Source: Chlorokybus atmophyticus (Eukaryota > Plantae > Mesostigma and Chlorokybus algae). From it: DNA of 64,000 bases. This document shows, one piece after another, positions 46,738 to 59,424 of this stretch. The stretch covers positions 153,474 through 217,473 of the forward strand of contig RHPI01003533.1 in assembly GCA_009103225.1 (NCBI GenBank), written 5' to 3'. Under the pieces are notes generated by a model. That model saw nothing but the letters and a program-made list of their open reading frames with translations, searched no databases and was not told where the DNA came from. A program made the position numbers and the translations under genes. Within the stretch, counting starts at the first letter, position 1, and every line of letters starts with the position of its first letter.

Positions 46738-48963
46738 TCACCTCAACAACTCCACAGCGCCAACGGGCGCAAACAGCCCCGCGGTACTCTTGAGAAACCT
46801 GCCAAACTTTGCGGACTTTGACTTGGACTTGACTTTCTCCTTGCCGTCATGGGGAGAATTGTTGCCGTTGTCTTTGTTGTTGTGTTTGTGCTCTGGTGGT
46901 GACATGCTTACAGCCATGGCGGGCGGGCCTGAGGCGAGTCTCGCGGTAGTGGGTTTGGATACAGACATGCCCGCCTGAAGCAGTGATGCGAGCCACAAGT
47001 CACATGTGCAACAAGAACTGCAACTGAGGCAACGATTGGCTGTCACGTAGCAGTGAGAGGCGTACCAGAGTGTCGCGCAGAGCTTGTGTGGGCGCATCTG
47101 AGTGCGGGACAGACATTGTACGCTCTGCGCACAGCGAACAAAAGGGACTGTGTTACATTATTTGAAGAGACATGGGCTGGGACCTTCGCTATGGGACTTT
47201 GGCTATCAGCTTTCGTAGTGCGGTGACACCCGCACGCACACGCACATGAAATTCGTGTGCTCACATGTACGTTGATGCCTCTCTGTTCATGCATGTGCAT
47301 GCATGCGTGCGTGTCACAAGGCGCAGGTACATACCAACAATCGTTCATGTAGACGCGCCCACACATGCACACATACCAGGCTTGGGCAGTGGAGCCGGAT
47401 AGCTGATCGCTCCTTCCTTCTCATCCCACTTGTCTCTCTGATCATGATTGTCGCCCTTACCAACACCATCGTTGAAGAACACAACATCATCACTGCTGGC
47501 GTCCTCATAAGCACACTCCTTCTCATCCTCATCCTCGGACCCATCGCTGCGTCTGGACACCAACGAGGGCGTGGGCGTGGGCGTGGGCGTGGGCGTGGGC
47601 GTGGGCGTGGGCGGCATAGCTGGCGTGGCTGGCGTGGCTGGCGTGGCTGGCGTGGTTGGCGTCATTGGCAATGTCATTGTCATGGGTGTTGTGGGTGCTG
47701 TCATGGACATTGTTGTCATGGATGTCATGTTGGTGAGGTGGGCTTGCAACGCGGCGGCGCGGCGTAGGGCGGCGTCGCGCTCGGCGGCGAGCTTGCGTAA
47801 GAGGGTTTGACGCTGCTCCTCAAGCTGCTGGAGCAATGCTAGGGTCGCAAACTCATCACCCTCCTGCGTGTACATGCGGGATGATTAATCCCGCAACAAG
47901 GGTTGATGTATACGCGTGTGTATGTGTGAGCGTGTGCATGGGCTTGCGCGTACGGGGCATGTAGGAAGTCCAGTGGATGCGAGGGTGTGCATGTGTTCAT
48001 GTGCATATGTGCATGTGCACGCGAGTGCGTGCGTGTCCATGCACTGTAAGCACGTGCACGTGCGTGCACTCAGGTGCAGTGCAGTTGGTATCTGCCAGTG
48101 TAGACATGCATCTGTGTGCGTGTGAGAGTGCAACATGCATGTTCCAACCAGCCATTTCCAAAGGCTGCGCACCTGATTGTGTGATTGAAAGTCATTAGGG
48201 TTGAACATGCCCCCGTTCGCTGCCGCTGGCACCTGCTGGCTGGGGAGATAACCATTGACAGGAGCAGAGTGGGCCGGCATTGATAGACTGTGCTGAAACT
48301 ACAACAACAGAGACAGTTAGAAAGAGTCCCAGTCAAAGCAATAGTTGCAAATCGACACACGCACACACTCAGACAATGCTGCCGTTGTCAACTCCCATAC
48401 AGGTTGCTTGGAAACTCACATCATGCTTCGGTTCAGCTGCTTCTGCCTCAGGGTTTGGTTCCCACCACGGCGGGGCGGAGGGGGCGTGGCTGTGGTATTG
48501 ATACAGCTCTGCTGGGTGTGAAGCTGAGGAGGAGAATGAAGATTTGCTGCCTATGCTGCCAGCTGAGCTAACAAGCACAGCAGCGGCTGCTGCCCCAAAT
48601 CCCGCTTCCGGCTGCAGCTGCTTGGCTTGGGCCTGGAGTCCAACTTCAGCCATGAGACAGCAGAAAGGGAGCGGGCCTTGCTTACTCGCCCTTGTCCTTG
48701 TGCTTGTCCTTGAGTGTGTGTCGTGGTCTTGACTGCTGCAATTGCCCCTTTTCCTTGCCCTTGTTGCTGACCCTGTCCTGGACGTTGGCGTAATCGTTGC
48801 CCTTGTCCTGGTCCTGGTCCTGGTCCTGGTCCTGGTCTGTGCAATTGACCTGGCCCTGGTGCTTGTTGTTGTCCTTGCCTTGAGCCTGCTGCTGGCTGTT
48901 GATTGACCTCGCCCCTGTCCTTGTCCTTGTCCTTGTCTCCCACCACACCACTGCCCCCGCCAC
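46738..48963 (-). CDS. Spliced low-complexity hypothetical protein (coiled-coil and Thr/Pro-rich)
   Basis: GC-rich open exons with GT-AG ends (LLQQLEEQRQTLLRKLAAERDAALRRA; TPTPTP; KEKVKSKSKSAKFGRFLK). No family recognised. Confidence 0.45.
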
Positions 48964-49830
48964 TGCCCGCCTGCAAGAAAAGCGTTGGTGCTACACTGCT
49001 GCGTCAGGCACACTTTGCATGCCACTTTGTAAATCACATTTCCTGGTTTTTGCATTGTTTTTGAGCCTTTTTGTTCTGAATCTGTTAGAGCATGGAGGAA
49101 TCTTGCCTGAGAGAAGATTCCTTTCTGCGGCTTACTAATGTCAGTCTATTGCCGACTGACATTCCAGCCTGTGACGTGGTGCGCCGACCGTCGGCACGAA
49201 AGGGGTGCAAGCGCCGACGCATGCCTGCTGAGGAACTTCAAATGTATCCATTATGTAATGGAGAGGAGGTTGTTACAATACTACTTATGCATTATTGTAA
49301 GATAGCATGGAGGCAGCAGCAACGTGTCCCCTCGTTCCCTTAACAATAAGAATGATTAGTTGTAGTTGTAGAGTTTATAAAATATCATGTATAAATGCTA
49401 TATTATTATTTCGTTAACTTTTTCATTTGTTTGTTCATGAGGAGGATTATTGTGAATTGATACTTGCAACTATATGATCTGCAGCGTAAGTAACGCGTCA
49501 ATGACTTGGCACACCACAATCACATCGGGTTGACATGTCTACTCTTAATCCATCATCACTATCATGATACACAGTCTATTACGGTGATGAAAATAACGAA
49601 ATGTATGGATAGCACCACAAGCATCATGCCCACCACTTACATAACAAATCAGTTATGAGTATTCATCATCATTGTTAAAATGGAAATTGTAATAATTCCC
49701 GATTACTTAAACCACATCGCATGCACATGCCATAATAGTGTAATTTGTTCATTTTGTTTAGAAAATGATCAAAATCACATATTTCAGCATGCAAAAGATT
49801 GTAAAAGTGTTTAAAGCGTAACTAATCTAC

Positions 49831-50031
49831 TGTCGTGCAACCATGCCTCAACTGCGGGGTATGTCTCGCAGAGGGAGTGCGTACGGTGGAGTGGAGAAGT
49901 GTGAAGAATGGGTAGTGCTGCAGAACAGCTTACGAAGCGCCGCTTCGCAAGCTGCTTGAAGCAGTAAAGAGCTTGGGAGCTGCGATACTTGTGGTGCCAT
50001 CCCTAGGCTTGGTATGAGGCCGTAGTCAACA
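49831..50031 (-). mobile_element. LTR-like repeat, copy 1 (TGTCG...CAACA)
   Basis: Diverged direct repeat of 50681-50913 with TG...CA termini. Confidence 0.6.
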
Positions 50032-50680
50032 AGCTCCTCGACTAAGTATGCATGTGGACAAGCAAGCAGCAATCCTTGAAGTGTAATAATATGTGGTGCA
50101 AGTTTGCTAAGTGGTGCGAGTTTACGTACAGCAAGCACCCACTTAACTGCAAGCTAGTGGATGCCAACAACCAGCATTGTGGTAGTGAAAGACATGCAAG
50201 TACCGTGTTGGGCAGGATGCGATCTAGTCCACAGGCAACGGGGTGGAGGCCACGCCACAAAGTCATTAGCAATGCGCAAGAGAAAAAGGCAGAAAAACCA
50301 AGAGCAGGCAAAGGCAAAGGAGATGGGTATACAGCAAGAGGGGTTCGGCATCAACTCTTACAACTTTTAATCTCACACAAGACAGCATGCATGCACGTGG
50401 TTTGCCTAGGCTAATGGTGACTTTCGGAGGTCTTTAGAGTAACGTCGCCGCTTCCGCGCCAGTCTGCTTACTTGCAACTTACCACCGACCAATTCCTTAA
50501 GGTTTGCTAAAAGAAGGTTTCGGCGAAAGCGGCCACCGCCACTACTCTCGCTTCTCATTGGCTAACACATAAGGTGTCAATGGTCTTGTCACGTTGTTTG
50601 ATATCTTGTTAACTGACTTGACCGATCTCAATGCTAGCGAGAGCGCATAAGTGCGTGCCAAGGGTCAACACCGTAACAGA

Positions 50681-50913
50681 TGTTGTGCAAACAAGCCTCG
50701 ATTGCGGGTATGTCTTACAGAGGGAGTGCGTACAGTGGAGTGCACAAGTGTGAAAAATGGGTAGTGCTGCAATACAGTTTGCAAAGCGAGCAGTAGAGAG
50801 CTTAGGAGCTGCAATACTTGTGGTGCTGAGGTGGTAGGTGCAAGAGAAGGTGGTGAGGGAAAAACAAACTGTGTAGTCCCCTAAGTTTGGTATGAGGCCG
50901 TTGTCACTCAACA
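50681..50913 (-). mobile_element. LTR-like repeat, copy 2 (TGTTG...CAACA); probable 3' LTR of the adjacent gypsy remnant
   Basis: Perfect 5-bp inverted termini. On the minus strand it directly follows a poly-G tract and the integrase-PHD sequence. Confidence 0.65.
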
Positions 50914-50915
50914 AG

Positions 50916-51088
<173 letters not shown>

Positions 51089-51119
51089 NGATGCCACATT
51101 GAAATCAATGACAGCAGGT

Positions 51120-51480
51120 GTGATACAAGATTGCAAGCCTCATGCTTATATTCATAGCAGGAGTCGCACTCCATCAAAGGGCGACGGTTCAAAGCGCAGC
51201 AGGTGCACAACATGGTCCGAACTCGAGGGCGAGGTTTGCCGAGACCTTTGACGTAGGGGAGATGCCAAGGGAAGCAGTTTTGTGCATGGTTCACTTCAAC
51301 GTAATCGGAGGGGTCTCGCAGAGATAAAGTGTTTTATGCGCGTACCACCTTGTATACGATGCCGTAGTTGGCAGGGTCCAGGGTGTTGGTGGTCTGCTTC
51401 TTGCAATATACGTAGTCTCCAATGCAGAACTTGCATGTCTGTGTAATGTAGCCCCCGCTGCGTACGTTTGCACAGCACCA
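51120..51480 (-). mobile_element. Ty3/gypsy integrase C-terminus with PHD finger, pseudogenised
   Basis: One frame reads ANVRSGGYITQTCKFCIGDYVYCKKQTTNTLDP..YKVVRA*..NHAQNCFPWHLP..LCTCC..PLMECDSCYEYKHEAC, with an in-frame TAA at 51336-51334. It matches the F.GDYVY / NC.P.HLP / PHD pattern of green-algal gypsy elements. Confidence 0.75.
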
Positions 51481-52465
51481 CCCTTTATAAAAACTCTGTC
51501 CAACACCTAGCATGCATCTATCATGGCTGACTATGGTCTGGTAGCTACTCCCATGGAGTCTAGCAAGGTTAAAGAAGATTAGATTTCATATTTAGCGCCA
51601 TAGTCTGTCATTCAAATAATAAGTTATTATTTAGCATATCTGGTCCTACCTAGCAGAGCCTGTTTATTTCTCGGCGTGACTCAGTAAACATAAAAGATAC
51701 CCTACCCGCGCTAGTTGTGACCTTATCTTGAACGTCGCATATCTTTCGGCATGACTGAACAGGGACCGAGGGACTGACCCCGCCTAACCCTAACGGAACC
51801 CAACGACTTGGGCCATAAAGGGACTGAGTGGATTGCCGATGCATATCAAGGAGAATTAGTAATGGCGGGCCGCTTGTCGTACGCGATACCGGACTCCTGG
51901 TTCGTCGCAAATTTTACACGGTGACTGAGTAAGGACTGAGGGACTGACTGGTGCCTGAGCCTGCCTGAGCCTGCCTGTTGCTGCCTGAAATATTACTTTT
52001 GGACTGTTGGGTTTGCCGTTGGCTTAAGTGGACTGACGCAGACAGCCGCGGGCCGACAGTGGTTGTCAGTGGCACTAACCGGCCGAGAGTTGTCAACCAG
52101 TTACCCTTTGGTCGATGTGCACAGACGGCCGTTGACCGGTAGTTACGGGCAGCAGACAGCAATAGCCGGCAGTTTCTTTGCCGTTACACTGCTGTTAATA
52201 TGTGACCCTTGCCATTTGACAAAAGTTGGCAATTCTGGCCGTAAGCCAACACTAACATGCCATGCAGCTTGTACAAACCTTGGACTGATTGTTTGGTCTT
52301 GCACCTAAAAGCCCACAATATATACAATGTACGGGCAGTGGTGAGAGTATGTCCACTTACAACTGAGCAGCCGACTTGCGCATGAAACTATCCTATAACA
52401 TTGAGTCTAGCTGTCGGACTCATGCGCAGCTTGTCAACCCGTGGTGCCTGCCTCAGAACTCCTCC

Positions 52466-53339
52466 TCAAACCCCCTCCTCATGTTCCTCCTCCAACGAGT
52501 CTTTTGCTTCAACGCCGGAGTCATCTTCATCCGCTGCCTCGCTCGCTGACAGTACAGCGGCTACTTCGTCCTTCACCTTGAATGTCAGCACCTCGCCGTG
52601 CACGCGCATGCGCTTGATGGTCGCTTTGAGAGTGACCACCTGCATTTGGTAATGCTGTAAGAGTGGCGTGCTGCCAGAGGACTAGCCCATCAGCATACAC
52701 ACGCTTACCTCGTCTTCCGCTTTGTTGCACTCCGCCAGGCAGACAGTCAGCCTGCCGCGCTGCTCTTGGTTCACTCTGACCAACATGGCAATCTGCAAGC
52801 ATACTGCTTAATTACCGCTGGAAACATTAAACTAGGTCATAGATTACCCGTTCGTTTGACTCCGCAGCTTCTCTTTTGCGACTTGTGAGCTCCCGCAAGT
52901 AGAAATAGGCTGTGCATTTGCGAGATTGGTCATGCTGTTCATGTGCATGACACTGGAGGTTGTGCATGAGGGTGTGCATGTCGTATTAACAATGAATGTC
53001 AAGTGCAAGATACTTGAGGCTGTGCATGTGCAAGATAAAAGAACCCTAGCATGTGGCATTGACAGTGCATCGTAACCCACCTTAGTTATGCCAGTCTTGT
53101 TTGGTCCCTTCAATCATGTCGCCGTGGTCGCAGCTGCTGGTGGGTCGGATTTTCTTAGAGGCAGTATTGTGGTGTGCCTTTGCCCACTCGGAGGGGGAGC
53201 CCTGTAAGATATCGCCCGAGTCACTGTTGTCATTGGATGTGCCCTTGGTAGTCTTGGTGGGGTTTGACACCGAGGACACCCCTCCGGCACCCTGCCCGCC
53301 CTGTGCGAACATGGAATTCATCCCGGACCTCGACCACAA
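52466..53339 (-). CDS. Spliced hypothetical gene or relic, divergent from the transposase (coiled-coil, acidic tail)
   Basis: Exons LRELTSRKREAAESNER|IAMLVRVNQEQRG...AEDE|VVTLKATIKRMRVHGE...EEEHEEGV* joined by short (about 55-70 nt) GT-AG introns. The 5' part contains a stop. Confidence 0.4.
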
Positions 53340-53482
53340 TGCCCACTACGCCCCTGGCAGCGCCGCCAACGATCTTCCAAACGCCTCATACCCTCGGCAT
53401 CACGCCCCTGTAAGGGCATAGCTTGGCGGAGCTATCAATGGTGTTTTCATGCGCAGGGGGACTGACATTGCCAGAGTTGTCA

Positions 53483-53673
53483 ATGGTACGAACTGCCATT
53501 GCCATTGTACAAAGGTACCATTTCAATGGTACCTTTGTACAATGCCTATACCTTTTGGCAAAGGCATCTTCGTACCATTGAAACGGTTCAATCAGAATAT
53601 ATATGTATATATATATATCCAGAGACTCACCCTGGACGTGCAATGGCTCGATCGTACCATTATAATGGTACGA
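53483..53673. repeat. ATGGTAC/GTACCAT cluster 1 (6 copies)
   Basis: Hairpin with 20-bp arms at 53503-53544; perfect 22-bp palindrome TCGTACCATTATAATGGTACGA at 53652-53673. Confidence 0.9.
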
Positions 53674-53827
53674 CGGAGCCAGTGACTTGCGGCCAAGTTT
53701 CCCGCCTCTGGCATGCAAGGTTAGCGGTAGCGATGGCGGTGGCGGTGGCGGCGGCGGCGGGTGTGCGTGTTGCTGGATATGATGCAGGTTACATTGGTGA
53801 CACCTGTGTCGACGTTAGTAGTGAGAT

Positions 53828-56800
53828 ATGGGAGTCCTGTGTCCGTATTGCCACATGCGCTTCGCCACACGAAGCTCGGTTTACATGCACATTATTAGCA
53901 GCAGGGTGTGCAAGCAGATCAAGCTGTATGTCGGCCAGCGTCCATTACAGTACGATGCGGGTCATGTTGAACCGGGGAGTTCGATTCAGGATGCTCACAT
54001 GCTTGATGCTGAAGAATTCCTCCAGGAGACACGCGCACAGCAGCAACAAGAGGAGGAGGAAGTGAACGAGGGCTTTCGATGTGTGCGTGTGCCTGAGAAA
54101 CCTGTGGCACGCCAACATGGAAGTGGAGGCGTCCCTTCGCACGCGTCGGAATCCAGGTGGTATGGCTCGGAGCATGCTCTTGCAGTGGCATTCGTGCAGT
54201 GCAACAACGGCCAAGGCCTGTCGGCCTCCGACATGGGGCGGATCATCAAGTGCATCCGAAATGCACACTTCCTGACGGAAGAGCTCCAGTGGGAGACCGG
54301 TGTGCATGCGGCCAGCTACCTCCGGACCACGATTGCTTTCTCTCAGTCTGAGGTGTGTTCACGGTGTGCGGTGCATGTGCTTCAACCATCAGAGCCATGT
54401 CACATATGCACATGCGAGTGTGCTGCCGTATCAGAACTACGTGACGGCTGACCTGCGCAAGCCTAGAGCCCCTGAGGATCAGGACATCTGCGTCACATAC
54501 ATGCCGGCCAAGGTCTGTGAAATGCAGTACCTAATGCAGTATCGATGCAGTATCTATTCTGAGGCCAGCATAGTAAGTAATGCTCTTGGTCGGAGCAGGT
54601 ATGGCTCGCGCGGTTGTATGGCAATCCACATGTTGCCAATGGCTTCAATCGCCAGTACACTGGTGACGAGCACAGCTTTGGCCATCCTTCCACGGGCGAT
54701 TGGTGGAAGGATGTGGAGGTGGATTTGAGGAGAAAGGTGGGGGAAGCGTCCTACTTGGCGCCTGCCATTCTGTACAGTGACAAGACCACGCTGTACAGCG
54801 CGGGCAAGCGCTCTGGCCCTCTGATGGCATCGCTTGCCAACTACAGTTGGGACATGTATGCTAGCAACATGGGGGTTGTTATGATAGCGCTTCTGCCGGT
54901 GATCCACGCAGTGGCCGGGCATCCCACCTGGGCGCAGGGCAAGGAATCGTTCTCCATTCGGAAACGTGAGATTTTTAATGACGCTTTGAATGTAGTGTTA
55001 GGGGATGTGAAGCGGGCGAGTTGGGAAGGTTTGCAGCTCATCGACCCGAATGGCATCGAGCGTCGTGTGTTTCCCGCGCTTGCCAACTACATCAGCGATT
55101 TGCAGGTAGTGGGCATGAATGGTTGTAACCGGATGCAGCCCGCCAGCAAACAGTGCATGGAGGATGTTGTCAGTAGAACATCTGAGTTTGTCGTGTTGTA
55201 GGAGACTGCCTCGCTCGCACGCACTGTGTCGGGCAACCAAACACGACATCCTTGCGATGATTGTCTCGTCACCAAATCAGATCTGTTGGAGATGGATGAG
55301 GACCGGGAATTGAGAACCGAGGCCTTCTACACACCAGCAATACGTCAGCTGCGGGCGGACCTGCATAGCGGTGTTAGGAATGCACGCCAGACAGCCAAGG
55401 CTTTCAAAGAGCACCACTTAATGCATGTCGAGGAGGTAATGGTCAAATTACCGGCATTCGTGAGGATGAATGGCTTTCCGTGAAACCAGGCAATGTGGTT
55501 TGGCAGCAGAATGCACTGTGGGGTTGGCGACAGTCGCGGGTGCCGGGAGCTGACTGCTACTCTCGTCTTGCCCCTGACGCAATGCATGTGCTGGGAGGCA
55601 TCATTGACCACCTGCTTGCTGCTGTGTACGACGCCGCGAAGGAACGAATGCGTCCATCCACGAGACAGATTCTGCAGGCCAGGCACGTCTTTGGTGTTGC
55701 TTTTGTGTTGAACACAAAAGCCAACAACACGTGCTCACGAGCAGATGTGCACAGGCTGAATGCATGCAAGGCGACTCTGCGGGTTTCGCACTTCAAGGCA
55801 CCCACAAGCACAGTAGATTTCTTCCTGTCCGACCACTCCTTTTAGGTGGTGGAGAAAGTGGCGGTGCTGCAGCTGCTGCCGATCCTCGCAGACGGTTTGC
55901 TGCTCAACAGTGAGGGCAACGATTTCTTCACCATTGCTGCCGCATCGCTTGCCCAGTGGAACAAGAAGTTGCTGAAGGCGCATGAACACACAAGAGAGAC
56001 CCTGACCACAGCCGACAACGAGCTGGCTGCCTTCAAAGCTGCAGTGTTGCATCCGCTACTGTCGTCATATTCTGCACAAAAGTCAGGTTGGAAGATCGAG
56101 AAGATGCATCAACTCACTCATTTTGGGCCGGCAATTGTCAGCAGTGGACACCCAGATTGGTTCAGCGCCAACCGCATGGAGCAGACGCACGCCCAAAATA
56201 TCAAACGGTGGGCGCGTGGTGGCAACAACCGGGACTACCAGGCACGTATCCTGACGGCATGGAGCTGTGCGGAATATGTGAGAGAGGATGGCATGGTCGT
56301 GGATCCCGAGATGCGCTCGGTCATGGCGCAGGTGCGGCAGCAGTGCTGTAATGTCATGGAGAAAACGGACAAGTTGCTATGGATGGATGTGCTGTCAAGG
56401 AGGGAGTCCAGCCGGTATTGGAGCGGATCTGCGCGTAGCCGCCAAGTCGCCTTGAAGACTCCATTTGCCGACAAGCTGCCTGCCGCTCTGGACAGCTGGT
56501 TAAGGAGGGAACAACTGGAGTTGGCCGATGGGTGGCATGCTGTTCGCGTGGTGAACGGCGGCGCAGCGGTGTACATGACAACAGGACTCAGCATGGCGCG
56601 CGCAATTGGGATGTTCCATGGGCGGCCTTGGTTCTCTACACTTGAGTTGGAAGGTGATGAGGACGGTGTGAACGTGACGTGGTGGGCTCAGGCACTCCTT
56701 TTTCTGCGCGTGGTGGTGTGGGGTGGTAGCGGCGAGCGCGTGTGGAAGGAGGTCGTGTTTGTCCGCTGGTACACGAAGCTGGATATGACGAGCGACACAA

Positions 56801-56967
56801 AGTGCATCGCTCTGGAATGGGAAAAGTGTCGAGGCGGTCCACATCTCGATGTCGTGACTCTGGAGCAAGTAAAAGGCATTGTCCAGCTGCTCCCCATGTT
56901 TGACAAGGACAGCGCCCGTGTACAAGAGGGCAAGTATTGGGTGAACGTTCACTGCACTTCCACGTGA
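53828..56967 (+). CDS. Plavaka-family transposase with an N-terminal C2H2-like zinc finger; about 5 introns; possible in-frame TAG at 55843
   Basis: CPYCHMRF..HIISSRVC; STGDWWKD; APAILYSDKT; MIALLPV; VFPALANYISDLQ|E; HPCDDCLV; APDAMHVLGGIIDHL; KMHQLTHFGPAIVSSG..FSANRMEQTHAQNIK..NNRDYQ. These follow the Plavaka pattern (TG.WW, IL.SDKT, Y.AD.PE, D.LH, K.H...HY, E..H). Confidence 0.88.
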
Positions 56968-57119
56968 CACATGTACTTGTCTCACTACTCTCAGTTTGGA
57001 GCATATCAGTCAGTTAGGCATTGCTAATCGTATGCTAAGACTTTTGCATGTGGACGTGTACAATACCGGGCAGCTGTCACTGCACAACTGTCACCACAAT
57101 CGAATGATCCATGCAACAT

Positions 57120-58898
57120 TCAACAATCAGTCCGCCGTGTGGCATTAAGCATCAATACAGTGCACCGCACTCGAGCCTCATAGTTCCATGACACAGGAGG
57201 GTAGTCACAGCGCATATCCATTGTTTCAAGCATGAGACGCCCTATACACCCCGCCATTGCGGGAGGAACTGCATTCGCTATGGAAACGGCCGAGGTCATC
57301 CATGGCACTCCCAGCGCTGTTTGCCACGCAGCAATGCCGCCCCTGGTGCTTGGAAGGCCATAGACCGGGTACATCTGCTGTGGCGCGTTTGATGTCACGA
57401 TTGTCTTCTTCGCGCTAGCAGACAAGTGCGGCAATAGCAGTCCAACTGCCTTGCCCGCGTGCGAGCAGCGTGCTGGTGGGGTAGCTACCACTGGCTGTGT
57501 TTCAAACAGACGATGTCGGAAAGTTGATAGGCCAAACATCGTGCCACAAATGGACAGATTGGGTCTGAATGAGGAAGCTGCTCCTGGCACATCCTCAATC
57601 ACAACTTGACCTGGCTTGCAAGCAGCAGACGTCGGACAAGCGGTATCATATCCTGGTGTATCCAGGATGTGCCATGTGCCGCCCGTTGAGGTGCCGGGAT
57701 AGCACCTGAATAGGCCTGGCATGGTGGACTCGCCCAGATGAGCTCGTTCTCGCTCAGCTCTCCTGCACTCAGGGTGCATACATCGCGGTGTATGAAGGGC
57801 AGCGGATACTCAGCGGAGGGACTTATGTCCATCCCGGTCACATCAAAGCCTGCGTGGTATAGACCGACACTGGCACCGCCACTGCCGCAGAATAGGTCGA
57901 GTGCCCTTGGCCCGCGTGTGCGTCCCAGCTTGTTGTCAAATGGCGTGTATGTGGTCAAGGCTGGCCGTGGTGCTGGCCAGGGACTAACAATGATGCCGTA
58001 CGGGCTTACTTTGCGACTGACGTTCTCCCCTCCGGCGCGCAGAACATGGCGTGCCCCGTCAACTGATGTGTACGCGAATACGTTGTGCCCTTTGAAGTTG
58101 ATGGTTTGTGGTCGATCACCGTCATCGAATACTATACGGTGCTGCCCTGCAAAGACATTTTCCATTGCACCATGCATATATGATGCGTCCTCAATCTCGC
58201 ACGCTACGAAGTGATGCTGACCTGACGCTTGCTTGAATGATTCCACAACGCCCGCATACCATTCCCCATCCAGCGGCCAATGCACCATGACACTCACACC
58301 GATCAGCTGCTCGCATCCCAACTTAACTGCGTTCCGCAGCCGATGCAGTGCGCTGTCCAACGGTCGATGGTCTGCCTCCTCTACAGCGGCCAGGGGATGG
58401 AACTGCCCACGCCCACACCGTGCAAGACTGCTCTGAATGCGACAACAGCTTCAACATGCATGAAATAAGCATACGCCCAACATAACATGCAGTGATACGT
58501 CGCGGTCCACTCTTGTGGATTACCTCCACAGCATCCACCACCTGTCCACTAACCACATGTCCCGGTGTTGTCCATGTGAAGAAGCGCATGGGTTCCCCTC
58601 GCCACTCGAAGCATGAGCGCGAGCACGATTCGCACACGCACTGCACGCAATGGAAAAACTCGGGTTCCTTGCACAGCACTTGGCCGAGGCGGCAGCCAAA
58701 CACGTCGACATTGTGTGTGGTGTGATGCCAGCAAGCAGCACAAAAGCCGTGGCACACTGTCTGCACTCGCTGGCATTCGGTCAAGTGTGCTCGCATTTGC
58801 TGCCTACGGCCATTGGCACATACGTACGCATTGCATTGTGGGCACACCAAGCAGGGTCTCCTAGGTGAGGGTGATTCAACTGCTGCCGCCGACATCAT
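57120..58898 (-). CDS. Cys-rich Zn-binding region, Tudor domain and C5-cytosine DNA methyltransferase (phage/actinobacterial type); one frameshift at about 57605
   Basis: Tudor IGVSVMVHWPLDGEWYAGVVESF..|QHRIVFDDGD. Motif I LDLFCGSGG; motif IV WASPPCQAYS. A second frame holds motif VI VIEDVPG, then ICGTMFGL..RHRLFE and LGVPWMT..NAVPPAMAGCIG. The upstream exon is Cys/His-rich; its splice link is not verified. Confidence 0.85.
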
Positions 58899-59033
58899 GC
58901 AAAATAGGAATCGGCACGGCTGCCCACAAACTGAGCGAGACTTTAGGGTATGGGCATCAATTTAGGGTTGCCAGCTTATGAATCCTAAATGGGTCAAACT
59001 TCAAGTGAAGCACGACTGTACCTTATACGCTAT

Positions 59034-59091
59034 TGCAGTACCATGCATGGTACTGCATCAACAGAAATGGTACTCCATCTGTTAATGGTAC
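59034..59091. repeat. ATGGTAC/GTACCAT cluster 2 (4 copies)
   Basis: Perfect 24-bp palindrome TGCAGTACCATGCATGGTACTGCA at 59034-59057, plus copies at 59067 and 59085. Confidence 0.9.
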
Positions 59092-59424
59092 TACAGTACA
59101 AGGATACTCGCATACTACCACGATCGAAGAGTAATACTGTGCTGTCATGCCATGGAACCCAGAGCGCTGTCCGAGTTTGTTGCTGTCAACCACGCTCTAA
59201 ACCAGCGAGGTATGCAAGCCATGCACTGACTGATGCGCCGGGCAGTCATGATACACATGTACAGCCAATGCTTCTAAAACAGCAGATATCTGGTGCACCA
59301 TGCACCATGCTGCAACTATACATGTACCTACATGGTTCACAAGCGTTCAACACAAAACTACAGAACATGCACAATTGGCATCAAGGCGGGGGCCAAATCA
59401 CTGCCGACACGTTGGCGTCTTGCA

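Noticed and set aside
49860-50010. GNAT-like peptide (AVKSLGAAILVVP) on the + strand of the repeat
   Set aside because: The frames contain stops, and the repeat is better explained as an LTR.
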